Assembly: GCF_009914755.1 (NCBI RefSeq)
Contig: NC_060929.1
Reading direction: 5' to 3' (one strand)
Source of the DNA: the human T2T-CHM13v2.0 reference genome, Homo sapiens
Length of the DNA stretch: 64,000 nt
A program made the position numbers and the translations under genes. Positions within the stretch are counted from its first letter, which is position 1, and each line of letters starts with the position of its first letter. Below are positions 42,122 through 59,558 of the stretch, piece after piece. The notes beneath the pieces were generated by a model. It did no database searches, was not told the DNA's origin, and worked only from the letters and a program-made list of their open reading frames with translations.

Positions 42122-43847
42122 ATGGTCAATGTAAGTATTAGAGCCAATGCCCCAAGCAATAGACTGTATCAGAAAGTATGAAAACCATATATGCAAAACT
42201 TGTGTCTCTCCACTGTTTTGAAGATAAAGAATCAAATTATCTTCTTTTTCCAACTTTTAGGTTCGTGGGTACATGTGCAGATGGGTTACAGTTGTGTTAC
42301 ATAGTTAAATTGTGTGTCACAGGGAGTTGATATACAGATTATTTCATCACCTAGTGATTTAGCCTAGTACCCAACAAGTAGTTTATCCATCCTCACCCTC
42401 CTCTCACCTTCCAGCCTCAACTAAGCCCTAGTGTCCATTGTTCTCTTCTTTGTGTCCATGTTTAGTCAGTGTTTAGCTTCTACTTATGAGTGAGAACATG
42501 TGAAATTTGATTTTCTGCTTCTGAGTTAGTTTGCTTATGATAGTGGCTTCCAGCTCCATCCATGTTGTGGCAAAGGGAATGGTTTCATTTTTTTGGCTGC
42601 ATAGTATTCCATGGTATATATGTACTACATTGTCTTTATCCAGTCTATGGTTTATGGGCATCAAAGTTCATTCCATGCCTTTCCTATTGTGACTAGAACT
42701 GTGATGAACATACACTTGCATGTGTCTTTATGGTGGAAAGATACATAGTTCTTTGGACATTTACACAGTAATGAGATTGCTGGGTTGAATAGTACTTCTG
42801 TTTTAAATTCTTTGAGAAATCTCCAAACTGCTTTCCACAGTGGCTGAATTAATTTACATTCCCACCAGCACTGTATAACCATTCCCTTTTCTCCACAGCC
42901 TTGCCAGCATCTGTTGTTTTTTAACTTGTCAATAATAGCCATTCTGAGTATGTGAGATCTCATTGTGGTTTTCACTTGCATTTCCCTAATAATTGGTGAT
43001 GTTGAACATTTTTTCATATGCTTCCTGGCTATGAGTACGTTTTCTTTTTAGAAGTGTCTATTCATGTCCTTTGCTCATTTTTAAAGGGGATTGTTTGCTT
43101 TTTGTTTGTTGATTCAGTTTTCTTATAGATTCTGAATATTAAGACTTGGTCAGATGCATAGTTTGCAAATACTTTCTCCCATTCTGTAGGTTGTCTGTTT
43201 ACTCTGTTGATAGTTTCTTTTGATGTGTAGATGCTCTTCAATTTAAGTAGGTACCACCTGTCAATTTTTGATTTAGTTGCAATTGGTATTAGAGTCTTCA
43301 TCATGAAATGTTTGTGAAAACCTTTGTCCAGAATAGTGTTTTCTAGATATTCTTCGAGGGATTTTATAGTTGTAGGTTTTACATTTAAGTCTTCAATCCA
43401 TAAGTTGATTTTTGTATATGGTGAGAGGAAAGAGTCCAGTTTTAATCTTCTGCATATGGCTAGGCTAGCTAGTTATCCCACCACCATTTATTGAATAGGA
43501 AGTCCTTCCTTTCCCCATTATTTGTTATTGTCAACTTTGACAAATATCAGATGGTTATAAGTGTGTGGCTTTATTTCTGGGTTTTCTAAAGTGTTCCATT
43601 GGTCTATGTGTCTGTTTTTGTACCAGTACAATGCAGTTTTGGTTCCTGCAGCCTTGTAGTATAGTTTGGAGTCAAGTAGTATGATGACTCCAGCTTTGTT
43701 CTTTTTACTTAAAGTAGCTTTGGCTATTAGGGCTCATTTTTTGTTTCATACAAATTTTAAGATAGTTTTTTCTAATTCTGTGAAAAATGTCGTTGGTAGT
43801 TTGACAGGAATAGCAATGTATCTGTACATTGCTTTGGACCCTATGGC

Positions 43848-44140
43848 TTTTTTTTTTTTGAGATGGAGTTTTGTTCTTGTTGCCCAGTCTAGAGTGCAAT
43901 GGCGTGATCTGGCTCACTGCAACCTCCGCCTCCTGGGTTCAAGTGATTATCCTGCCTCAGCCTCCCGAGTATCTGGGATTACAGGCCTGTGCCTCCACAC
44001 CCGGCTAATTTTGCATTTTTGGTAGGGACAGGGTTTCTCCATATTGGTCAGAGTGGTCTCGAACTCCCAATCTCAGGTGATCCACCTGCCTTGGCCTCCA
44101 AACATGCTGGGATTACAGGTGTGAGCCAACACGCCTAGCT
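43848..44140 (-). mobile_element. Alu (AluSp/Sq-like)
   Basis: gagttttgttcttgttgcccag; TSD ccctatgg on both sides. Confidence 0.93.
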
Positions 44141-44758
44141 CCCTATGGTCATTTCAACAATATTAATTCTTCCTATCCATAAGCATGAAATGTGTTTTCA
44201 TTTGTTTGTGTTGTCTCTGTATCTTTCAGCAGTGTTTTATAATTCTTATTGTAGAGATCTTTCAACCTGCCGGTTAGCTGTATTCCTAGGTATTTTATTC
44301 TTTTTCTGGCTATGGTGAATGGGGTTGCATTCTTGATTTGGCTCTCAGCTTGGACATCATTGATGTACAGAAATGCTACTGATTTTTATACATTGATTTT
44401 TTATCCTGAAATTTTGCTGAAGCTTCTTTATTAGATCTAAGAGCTATTGGTCAGAGACTACGGGGTTTTCTAGGTATCATCGAAACATCTTCAAACTGGG
44501 ATAGTTTGACTTTCTCTCTTCCTATTTGGATGCCTTTTATTTCTTTACCTTGCCTGTTTGTTCTGGCAAGGACTTCCAGTACTATGTTGAATAGGAGTGG
44601 TGAGAGTGAGCATCCTTGTCTTATTCTGCTTATCAGAGGGAATACTTCTGGATTTTACCTATTAAGTATGATGTTTCCTGTGGGTTTGTTATAGATGACT
44701 TTTATTACTTTGGGGTATGTTCCCTCAATGCCTAGTTTGTTGAGGGTTGTTAAGATGA

Positions 44759-45076
<318 letters not shown>

Positions 45077-45807
45077 TTATCAAAGGGCTTCTGCATCTAT
45101 TGAGATGATCATGTGGTCTTCTGTTTATGTGATGAATCACATTTATTGATTTGCCTATGTTGAACCAACCTTGCATCCCAGGGAGAAGGCTTACTTGATC
45201 ATGGTGGATTTGCTTTTTGGTGAGCTGCTGGAATTGGTTTGCTAGCACTCTGTTGAGGATTTTTGCTTTTATGTTCATCAAAGATATTGGCCTGAAGTTT
45301 TTTTGTTCATTGTGTCTTTGCCAGGTTTTGATGTCAGAATGATCTTGGCCTCATAGGAAGAGTCAGAGAGGAGTCTTTCCTCCTTGACTTCTTGAAATAA
45401 TTTCAGTAGGATTGGTACCAGCTCTTCTTTATATACCGTGGAGAATTCAGCTATGAATCTGTATGGTGCAGAGATTTCTCCAGTTCCTTTTTTTTTTTTT
45501 TAACTGATTCAATTTCCAAACTCATTATTGGTCTGTTGAGGGCTACAATTTCATTTATTTATTTATTTATTTATTTTTATTTATTTTATTTTTTTATTTT
45601 ATTATTATTATACTTTAAGTTTTAGGGTACATGTGCACAACGTGCAGGTTTGTTGCATATGTATACATGTGCCATGTTGGTGTGCGGCATCCATTAACTC
45701 GTCATTTAGCATTAGCTATATCTCCTAATGCTATTCCTCCCCCCTCCCCCACCCCCCATCACACGGTGTGTGATGTTCCCCTTCCTGTGTCCATGTGTTC
45801 TCATTGT

Positions 45808-49623
<3,816 letters not shown>

Positions 49624-49686
49624 TATGCTGTTAGCTGGTTATTTTGCTTGTCAGTTGATGCAGTTTCTTCCTAGGCTTGATGGTCT

Positions 49687-50699
49687 TTACATTTTGGCAT
49701 GTTTTTTCAGTGGCTGGTACCGGTTGTTCCTTTCCATGTTTAGTGCTTCCTTCAGGCGCTCTTTTAGGGCACGCCTGGTGGTGACAAAATCTCTCAGCAT
49801 TTGCTTGTCTGTAAAGTATTTTATTTCTCCTTCACTTATGAAGCTTAGTTTGGCTGGATATGAAATTCTGGGTTGAAAATTCTTTTCTTTAAGAATGTCG
49901 AATATTGGTCCCCACTCTATTCTGGCTTGTGAATTTTCTGCAGAGAAATCAGCTGTTAGTTTGATGGGCTTCCCTTTGTGGGTAACCCAACCTTTCTCTC
50001 TGGCTGCCCTTATCATTTTTTCGTTCATTTCAACTTTGGTGAATCTGACAGTTATGTGTCTTGGAGTTGCTCTTCTCAAGGAGTATCTTTGTGGCATTCT
50101 CTGTATTTCTTGAACTTGAATGTTGGCCTGCCTTGCTAGATTGGGCAAGTTCTCCTGGATAATATCCTACAGAGTGTTTTCCAACTTGGTTCCATTCTCC
50201 CCGTCACTTTCAGGTACACCAATCAGATGTAGATTTGGTCTTTTCTCATAGTCCCATATTTCTTAGAGATTTTTTCGTTTCTTTTTATTTTTTTTCTCTA
50301 AACTTCTCTTCTTGCTTCATTTCATTCATTTCGTCTTCCATCACTGATACTCTTTCCTCCAGTTGATCGCATCAGCTACTGAGGCTTCTGCATTTGTCAC
50401 ATAGCTCTCGTGCCTTGGTTTTCAGCTCCGTCAGGTCCTTTAAGGACTTCTCTGCATTGGTTATTCTAGTTATCCATTTGTCGAATTTTTTTTCAAAGCT
50501 TTTAACTTCTTTGCCATTGGTTCGAACTTCCTCCTTTAGCGCGGGGTTGTTTGATCTTCTGAAGGCTTCTTCTCTCAACTTGTCAAAATCATTCTCCATC
50601 CAGCTTTGTTCCATTGCTGGTGAGGAGCTGCGTTCCTTTGGAGTAGGAGAGGCACTCTGATTTTTAGAGTTTCCAGTTTTCTGCTGTGTTTTTTCCCAT
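49687..50699 (-). pseudogene. L1 ORF1p, disrupted
   Basis: ORF pieces EQSWMENDFD.. and PNLARQANIQ..RISYPAKLSF..KM*. Confidence 0.93.
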
Positions 50700-51279
50700 C
50701 TTTGTGGTTTTATCTACCTTTGGTCTTTGACGATGGTGACATACAGATGGGTTTTTGGTGTGGATGTCCTTCTTTTTGTTAATTTTCCTTCTAATAGACA
50801 GGACCCTCAGCTGCAGGTCTGTTGGAGTTTGCTAGAGGTCCACTCCAGATCCTGTTTGCCTGGGTATCCGCAGCGTTGGCTGCAGAACAGCGGATATTGG
50901 TGAACCGCAAATGCTGTTGCATGATCGTTCCTCTGGAAGTTTTGTCTCAGAGGAGTACCCGGCCATGTGAGGTGTCAGTCCACCCCTACTGGGGGGTGCC
51001 TCCCAGTTAGGCTACTCGGGGGTCAGGGACCTACTTGGGGAGGCAGTCTGCCTGATCTCAGATCTCCAGCTGCATGCTGGGAGAACCACTACTCTCTTCA
51101 AACTGTCAGAGAGGGACATTTAATTCTGCAGAGGTTACTGCTGTCTTTTTGTTTGTCTGTGCCCTGCCCCCAGAGGTGAAGCCTACAGTGGCAGGCAGGC
51201 CTCCTTGAGCTGTGATGGGCTCCACCCAGTTCGAGCTTCCTGGCCGCTTTGTTTACCTAATCAAACAACTAACTCAGCA

Positions 51280-51543
51280 ATGGCGGGGGCTCCTCCCCCA
51301 GCCTTGCTGCTGCCTTGCAGTTTGATCTTGGACTGCTGTGCTAGCAATGAGCAAGACTCCATGGGCGTAGGACCCTCTGAACAAGGTGTGGGATATAATC
51401 TCCTGGTGTGCCGTTTTTTAAGCCCATTGGAAAAGCGCAGTATTAGGGTGGGAGTGACCCGATATTCCAGGTGCCGTCTGTCACCCCTTTCTTTGACTAG
51501 GAAGGGGAATTCCCTGACCCCTTGTGCTTCTCAGGTGAGGTGA
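51280..51543 (+). CDS. L1 antisense ORF0-like open frame (87 aa); expression unknown
   Basis: MAGAPPPALLLPCSLILDCCASN...GVGPSE.GVGYNL..RFLS..EKRSIRVGVTR matches primate L1 ORF0; ATG context gcaATGG. Confidence 0.5.
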   Translation: MAGAPPPALLLPCSLILDCCASNEQDSMGVGPSEQGVGYNLLVCRFLSPLEKRSIRVGVTRYSRCRLSPLSLTRKGNSLTPCASQVR

Positions 51544-52997
51544 TGCCTCACCCTGCTTCAGCTTGTGTGTGGTGCACTGCACCTACTGTCCTGCACCCAC
51601 TGTCCTGCACCTACTCTCTGGCACTCCCCAGTGAGATGAACCCCGTACCTAAGTTGGAGATGCAGAAATCACCCATCTTCTGTGTCGGTCACGCTGGGAA
51701 CTGTAGACTGGAGCTGTTCCTATTCGGCCATCTTGGCTCCTCCCCCCAAGGGCTTCAATTTCTTCTTGGCTCTATCTTGGGAGGTTGTATGTGTCTAGGA
51801 ATTTATCCATTTCTTCTAGGTTTTTTAGTTTGCTTTCAAAGAAGTTTTCATAATGGAATCAGGGATTTTGTATTTCTGTGAGGTTGGCTGGAAGTTGTCA
51901 TTTCTGGTTTTGTTTATTTCGATCTTCTCTCTCTTTTTTTTCTTTATTAGTCTAGCTAGCAGTCTATCAATCTTGTTTATTGTTTCTAAAAAAGCAACTC
52001 TCGGTTTCGCACATCTTTTGTGATGTCTTTCAAATCTCAATTTCATTAAGCTTCGATCTGATTTTGTATTTTTTTGTTGTTGTTCTTCTGCTAGCTTGGG
52101 GGTTGGTTTGTTCTTATTTTTCTAGTACCCCTAGATGTGATATTAGGTTGTTAATTTGAGATCTTTCTAACTTTTTAATGCAGGTGTTTCGTGCTATAAT
52201 TTTTTTCTCTTAACCCTTCTTTAGCTGTGTCCCAGAGATTCTGTGTCCCAGAGATGTTGTATTTTTGTTTTCATTAGTTTTAAACAATTTGTTAATTTCT
52301 GCCGTAATTCCATTGCTAACTCAAAAGTCATTTTGGAGCAGATTTTTAAGTTTCCATGCAATCGTATCATTTTGAGAGATGTTCTTGGTATTGGTTTCTA
52401 TTCTTATTGTGCTTTGGTCCAAGGGTGTGGTTGGTATGATTTTATTTTTTTTAATTTGCTGATAATCGCTTTATGTCTGAAAGTTTAGTTGATCTTAGAG
52501 TATGTGCTGTGTGCAGATGAGAATAATGCATATTCTGTTTTTGGGTGGAGTATTCTATAGATGTTTGTTACTTCTATTTGGTTGTCCAGTTAAAGTCCCA
52601 AATATATTTGTTAGTTTTTTTCAATGATCTGTCTAACAATGTCAGTGGAGTGTTGAAGTGTCCCACTATTATTGTGTGGTTATTTAAGTCTCATCCTAGG
52701 TGTCTAAGAACTTGTTTTATAAATCTGGACACTCCAATGTTGGGTCCATATATATTTAGAATAGTTAAAGCCTTCTTATTAAATTATATCCTTTATCATT
52801 GTGCAATGCCTTGCTTTATTCTTTTTCATCATTTTTTGTTTAACATCTGTTTTGACTGAAATCATAATAGCAACCACTGATCTTTTCTGTTTTCTGTTTG
52901 CTTTATTTTTCTTCCCCATCTCATTACTTTGAGCCTATGGATGTCATTCCATGTAAGATGGGTCTCTTGAAGACAACATACAGTTGGATCTTGCTTC

Positions 52998-53289
52998 CCA
53001 CCACACCCCGCAAAATGGAGCCTCACTGTGTCACCCATGCTGGAGTGCAGTGGTGCAATCTTGACTCACTGCAATCTCTGCCTCCTGGGTTCAAGCAATT
53101 TTCCTGCCTCAGCCTCCCAAGTAACTGAGGTTATAGGTGTGTGCCACCATGCCAGCTAATTTTTGTATTTTTAGTAGAGATGGGGTTTCACCATGTTGGC
53201 AAGGCTGGTCTTGAACTCCTGACCTTGTGATCCACCCGCCTCAGCCTCCCAAAGTGCTGGAATTAGAGAGTGAGCCACCATGCCTGGCT
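52998..53289 (-). mobile_element. Alu (AluS) lacking a poly-A tail
   Basis: Alu dimer; perfect TSD ggatcttgcttc (52986 / 53290). Confidence 0.92.
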
Positions 53290-55809
53290 GGATCTTGCTT
53301 CTTTATCCTACTTGCCATTCTGAGACTTGGAAGTGGGGCATGTAGCTCATTTATATACCAGGTCAATATTGACCCTAACATTGTGCATTGTGTTGTTATT
53401 ATGTAGATTTGATTGTAAAGTTGCTTTTAGTGTCAGTTGTCTATGTACTTAAGTGTGTTTTTGTGGTTGCCAGTATTGGTCTTTAATTTCAATGTTTAGC
53501 ACTCCCTTAAGGACCTACTGTAAGGAAGGTCTAGTGGTAATGAATTCCCTTAGCATTTGCCTATCTGAAAAGGATTTTATTTCTCCTTCCCTTATAAAGC
53601 TTTGTTTGGCTGGATATGAAATTCTTGGTTGGAATTTATTTTCTTTAAGGATGCTGACTATAGGCCCTCAATCTCTTTTGGGTTGCAGGGTTTCTGCTGA
53701 AAGGTCCACCATTAGCTTGATGGGTTCTCTTCGTATGTGACCTGCCCCTTCTTTCTAGCTGCCTTTCATGTTTTTTCTTTTGCATTGACATTAAAGAATC
53801 TGATTACTATGTCTTGGGGATTGTCATCTTGAATAGTATCTCATAGTGGTGCTCTGAATTTCCTAAATTTGAATGTCAAATTCTCTAGTGAGGTTGAGGA
53901 AGTTCTCATGGACTATATCATCAAATATATTTTCCAAGTTGTTGCTGTCTCTCCCTCTGTTTCAGGGATGCCAATGAGCCATGGGTTTGTCTTTTTACAT
54001 GATCTCTTATTTCTTGGAGTTTTTATTCATTATTTTTTATTCTTTATTTTTGTCTGACACAGTTGGTTCAAATAACTGGTCTTTCAGCTCTGTGATTCTG
54101 CCCTCAGATTGGTATATTCTGCTATTAATACTTCTTATTATATTATGAAATTCTTGTAGTGAGTTTTTCAGCTGTATCATATCAGTTTGGTTCTTTCTTA
54201 AAATGGCTATTTTATCTTTCAGCTATTATATCATTTTACTGAAGTCATTATATTTCTTGGATTGGGTTTCAATTTTCTCCTGAACTTCCATGATCTTCAT
54301 TGCCATCCAGATTCTGAATTCTATGTCTGTCATTCCAGCTGTTTCAGTCTGATTAACAACCATTGCTAGGGAACTAGTATGAAACATTTAGAGGTAAGAA
54401 GACACTCTGGCTTTTTGAGTTGCCAGAGTTCTTGCACTGGTTCTTTCCCATTCATAGGGGCAGTTATTCTTTTAATCTTTGAAGCTGCTGTCTTTTGGGT
54501 GGGGCTTTTTGCTTTTATATTCTTTTATGCTGTTGAGGGTTTGACTGTGGTATAAGCTAGATTCAGTCAACTTGCTTCATTTCTGGATGATATTAGGGGA
54601 CCATGGCTAAGCTCAGCACTCCTGGTTTGCATGCTGTAACCCTGGAGACATGGAACAAGGCCCATAACTTTGTTCTCTGGCCCCTTGAGGTTGGGCACCT
54701 GCTGTGCTGGAGGGGCTGAGGTGTTCCTGGTGCACTGGAAACAATACTCTTAAGGGGAGTACTGGCAAGAGCATTTCATCAGGGTGGTGGCAGTGGGCCT
54801 GTGATTGCATGCATGTGCTGGTGGCAGCAGGACGGCAAGGTCTGCATGCTTACACGGGCAGCAGTGTGGAGGTGGTATGTGTGTGAACATGTGTACTGAC
54901 ACTGGCGGGACAATGATGTTGAGGTCTGCATGCACACACAGGTGAAACGGTGAGAGGAGGCTGAAGCTGAATGTGCTCCAGCAAAACGGTGGGTATGGGC
55001 TTTGGGGAACTGTGCCCTGGCAAAACAGTGATGGGGGGAGTGCAAGAAGGTGGACCTGGAAAAGCGGAGGGAAAGACTGTGGGTGGGGGTACGCTGCCAG
55101 GAGCCCACCTGCAGAAGCTGTCTGACTGCTAGGCAGAGTATGCTGGTGAAGGAGCTAGTGGCACTGGCTGCTGAGAAGCACCTTGGTTGGGCATCTGAGG
55201 CTGTGCTATACGCAGATGCATTCAAGCATGGAACCTGGGAGAGGCTAGCAGTCCCACGGAAACAGTCACCCTGTTCTGTCCAGCTCCAACAGTCAACGAA
55301 GGCCAAAGCCACCTAGAGGAGCATGGCAAACCTTGGGGAATGAGTGTTCCTTGTTGTGCTCCACTGCAGCCATTCCCACACCAAACCTTTTGGGCTCTGC
55401 ATAGGCAGGAGTTCTATCAGTGCCAAGTCTCCAGGCAACAATCTCTGCCAGCTCAAATGTCTGTAGGGATCCTGGGGTCTCCTGCTTCTAGGATTCTGGA
55501 GTTACATGGTGAGGGTGGGCCACTGCATACCTGTTTAACTCACTCTTTCCCTAGAAGCCACTTGGGGCCATGAATGAATCTGGTGCTGGGCAACTCTGTG
55601 CAGGGTTCTCAGCTTCCTCCCACTTTAGCCGAGAGTCTGTGTCCTCCCTCCTCCACTCTTAATGCCTTCCTTTTGAAGATCTCCTCAGAGCGTGCTGGTT
55701 TTCTTGATGTTCGGGTCTCTCAGTGGGAGAAGCTCTTTCTGTCTGTGTCTAGTCAGCTATGTTGGCTCAAAAACCAAATTCTTAAGATAGAGATCGATGT
55801 CTTACCAGA

Positions 55810-56130
55810 TTTTGCATGGTTTGTATTTTCTCTGCTTCACCAGCTTCATCTCACTTCACTCTCCGTGCTCCATTTATTCTGCTCCTCTCTTAGCTTCTTA
55901 TATGTGCCATTATCCCAAATGTCTCAGGAACTTTGCCTTTGATATCCCTTCATCCCGGAATGTTTTTATGCCACACATAAAATGCCACATATCCCCACAT
56001 GCAATATTTATCTGTCAAATCCTGCCCATTATCAGATCTCAATCCAAATAGCAGTTTCCATGGGAAACTTACCTTTACTCCCTGACTAGTTCATGATCCT
56101 ATTAAGTGTACATATTCAGAGTACTATGTA
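55810..56130 (+). mobile_element. L2 fragment
   Basis: tctcaggaactttgcctttgatatcccttcatcccggaatg...tcagatctcaatccaaat. Confidence 0.55.
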
Positions 56131-56209
56131 AGTTTTTAAGATTTCAATTTAATTTAAACAGTTAATTTAGACTAATTTTAAAAGTCTTAAGATTTAAGAC
56201 AGTTTGCAA

Positions 56210-56347
56210 TTTCACATATATATGAATATATATTACATTTATGCATACATCACATTTATACATATAAATACACATGTATATGTATGTATATACGTGTGTG
56301 TATGTATACTCACATACATATATATGTATGTACACACACATATGTAT
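56210..56347. repeat. (TA/CA/TG) low-complexity microsatellite
   Basis: Direct reading. Confidence 0.85.
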
Positions 56348-56746
56348 TGTGGCCTACAATTGGTATTTCCCTGTTTTTATACCTGAATTCATATTGACAC
56401 ATACCATATATTTGGTAAAAATGTCTGAGACTACAACACAGGACTCCAAACCCCCAAGCCAAAAGAATCTCTAGAATGGTAAAAATGTAGCGCCACGAAC
56501 TAAGCTAGGAACATTGATTTATCTTGTGGGTGAAAAAGAGAGAATAGTTTAACCCTGAACAGATTAAGTCTGAGAGGAATAAAAGATAACAACAAAACAT
56601 TTTATAATGTAGGAGAAAATTGAATATTGGAAGTTAAGGGAGAAATTTAAGGAATAATTGTGTTAGAGAGAGGAGCAGGACTGGATTGCTTCTACAGGGG
56701 GAGCACAGGAAGGTTGACTTCATTTAAGATGAAAAATATGAATCTA

Positions 56747-57047
56747 GGCTCGGTCTGGTGGCTCATGCCTGTAAATCAGCAATTTTGGAGGCTGAGGTAG
56801 GCAGATCACTTGAGGTCAGGAGTTCAAGACCAGTCTGACCAACATAAAATACAAAAAATACTAAAAATTCAAAAAATTAGCCAGGTGTGGTGGCCTGGGC
56901 CTGTAGTCCCAGCTACTCAGGAGGCTGAGGCACAAGATTTGCTTGAACCCCACATTGAGGAGGTTGCACTGAGCCAAGATTTAGCCACTGAACTCCAGCC
57001 TGGGCAACACATCAAGACTATCTCAAAATTGTTTTTACGAAAGGAAT
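56747..57047 (+). mobile_element. Alu, diverged, with internal deletion
   Basis: Alu dimer; perfect 15-bp TSD aaaaatatgaatcta (56732 / 57048). Confidence 0.9.
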
Positions 57048-57389
57048 AAAAATATGAATCTATTGTCAACTATGCCAAACTGGGTGTCATGTTATCTGGC
57101 TAATGATTTTTTTTTTTTGGTGGAAAACTTAAATGTTATGCTTCTTCTCTGAGATGATTAAACAATTATCATTTTTGGGAATATCAGTTCACAGGAAGAT
57201 ATCATTTTATCCATACTTGGTTTTGAAAATTTTAACCTCAGTTTTACCAGTTATTTTGAGCCTTAGAATTATTTTCTGGAAGCTAACTTGCGTTGTCAAA
57301 AATGCTAAACAAGATTTGATGATAGACTTTATCTCAAAGAATTTTGATCCATGTTCAATATTCTAGAATAGCAATAGTACCGCCAATTA

Positions 57390-57776
57390 TTCTTTTTAAA
57401 ATTTTTGTTTTTAATTTTTGTGTGTACGTGGTAATTATATATATTTATGTGGTATATGGAGTATTCTGATACAGGCATATAGTGTGTAATAGTCACACCA
57501 GGGAAAATGGGATCGCCATCACCTCAAGCATTTATCCTTTGTGTTACAAACAATCCAATTATACTCTTTTAATTATTTTTAAATGTACAATTAAATTATT
57601 GTTGACTATAGTACTCTATCATGCTATCAAATACTAGATCTTATTCATTCTTTCTAAATATTTTTTTTTTGTACCCATGAACCATCCCCACTTTCCCCCT
57701 GCAGCTCCCTACACTCTTCCTGGCCATTGGTAACCATCATTCTACTCTCTATCTCCATGAGTTCAATTGTTTTTTA
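57390..57776 (-). mobile_element. L1MA (L1MA1/2-like) 3' end
   Basis: tgatacaggcat...ccatcacctcaagcatttatcctttgtgttacaaacaatccaattatactc. Confidence 0.85.
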
Positions 57777-57965
57777 GGAGAAATAGCAGAAACAATTCCT
57801 AATAGTGAGAGACACCACATGATTTTAAAAACTTCTTCTAGTGGGGTATTTATGATGATTATACTTCAATTCATTCATTCAACCAACATTTATTGGGTAC
57901 CTGCTATGTAACTGGCACTATGTTTCAGGTTTTGAAATATCACTTGTACAAACAATCATTCTCTT

Positions 57966-58291
<326 letters not shown>

Positions 58292-58804
58292 TCACTCCCA
58301 ATAAAGTTCAGGTGGCAAAGTAAAACTAAAGTTTTGCCAGAAGCTCTGCACTAATCTGTTAACTTTTCCATGAGATTCCAACTTCTGTCATAGAATTCTT
58401 CATCTACAATGATACTCTTTGTAAAAGTACTGTTTTTGTCTTACTGGCTTTCTACTCAAAAGCTGTCAATGGCTCCTTGCTTCTGACTTGGTAAGTATGA
58501 ACATTTTAAAGGCCATAATTAAGGCTTTCCTTAATCTTGGGCCTCTCCTCTGTAGAAACAAAATAAAATAAAACAAAACAAACAAAAAAACAAAACTCCC
58601 TCCAGTCAGATATCATATGCATCTAGCACTTACTTATGCATTTAGAATTTACATTCTTGCCTTTAGGTTTTTTATGTAGCAAAAATCCTGGAACATTCCA
58701 ACTTTTCCCTCATTTCTATTTTTCTCAATTATGCTTGTCTATCTAGAGTTCCATAAAATCACTCTAGATTATAACAACCTCAAAGTACAGTAAATCTCTA
58801 GTTT

Positions 58805-59558
58805 CTCATTTCTAGGGACCCTTATAGCTCAAATGATTCTATACATTCTCCCTCTATTATATATTGCCCAAGTGATAATTGCTATGACAACTCTGATTTG
58901 TATAATTTAATTGAAATTATTACTTCTTGTGACACTCCTTTTGATTTTCTCTTGAACTGTTTTAGTTATATTTTGCTACTATTTATTTCAAGTGTTTACT
59001 TTCTACATGTACCTAGATGTTCAACAAATAATCATAAATTTGCTTTATTGCAGACTCTGTAGTTGTTAGAGGTAGGCTCATGATACCATTCTCTCTTTTC
59101 ATAGAAAACCTTGCTGAGTGGAGGGATATTGGCTTCCTGATATTTTGCCATTTACGGTAAATACAGGAAAAGCCAGCCTTATCAGTGATCAGGTGAATTA
59201 TAGTCCTGAGTCTTCATGAGATCTTTTGTGATACTGGGGCTGCAGGTCTGTTTTTACTTTTATCATTCAAGACAGTTTAACAAGCTCATTTCTAAGGACA
59301 ATTAATAGCGCAAACATTCTAGTACTTCATGATTCTATACATTCTCCCTCTATCTATATTGCCCACATAATAATTGCTGTGACAATTCTCATTTGTATAA
59401 TTTAATTGAAATTATGACTCCCTATGACACTCCTTTTGATTTTGTCTTGAACTGTTTTAGTTATATTTTGCTACTATTTATTTCAAATGTTTACTTCCTT
59501 CATGTACCTGGATGCTCAACAAACACTTATTAAACTTGCTTTATTGCAGACTCTGTAG
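58805..59558 (+). repeat. Local direct duplication (~260 bp): 58805-59062 and 59285-59558
   Basis: Long shared blocks, e.g. atgattctatacattctccctctat and tcttgaactgttttagttatattttgctactatttatttcaa. Confidence 0.92.

Noticed and set aside
39723-42141. Two similar ORFs (..KMRKKQKQKPLI..) resembling paralogous genes
   Set aside because: They are antisense translations of the two THE1 LTRs.
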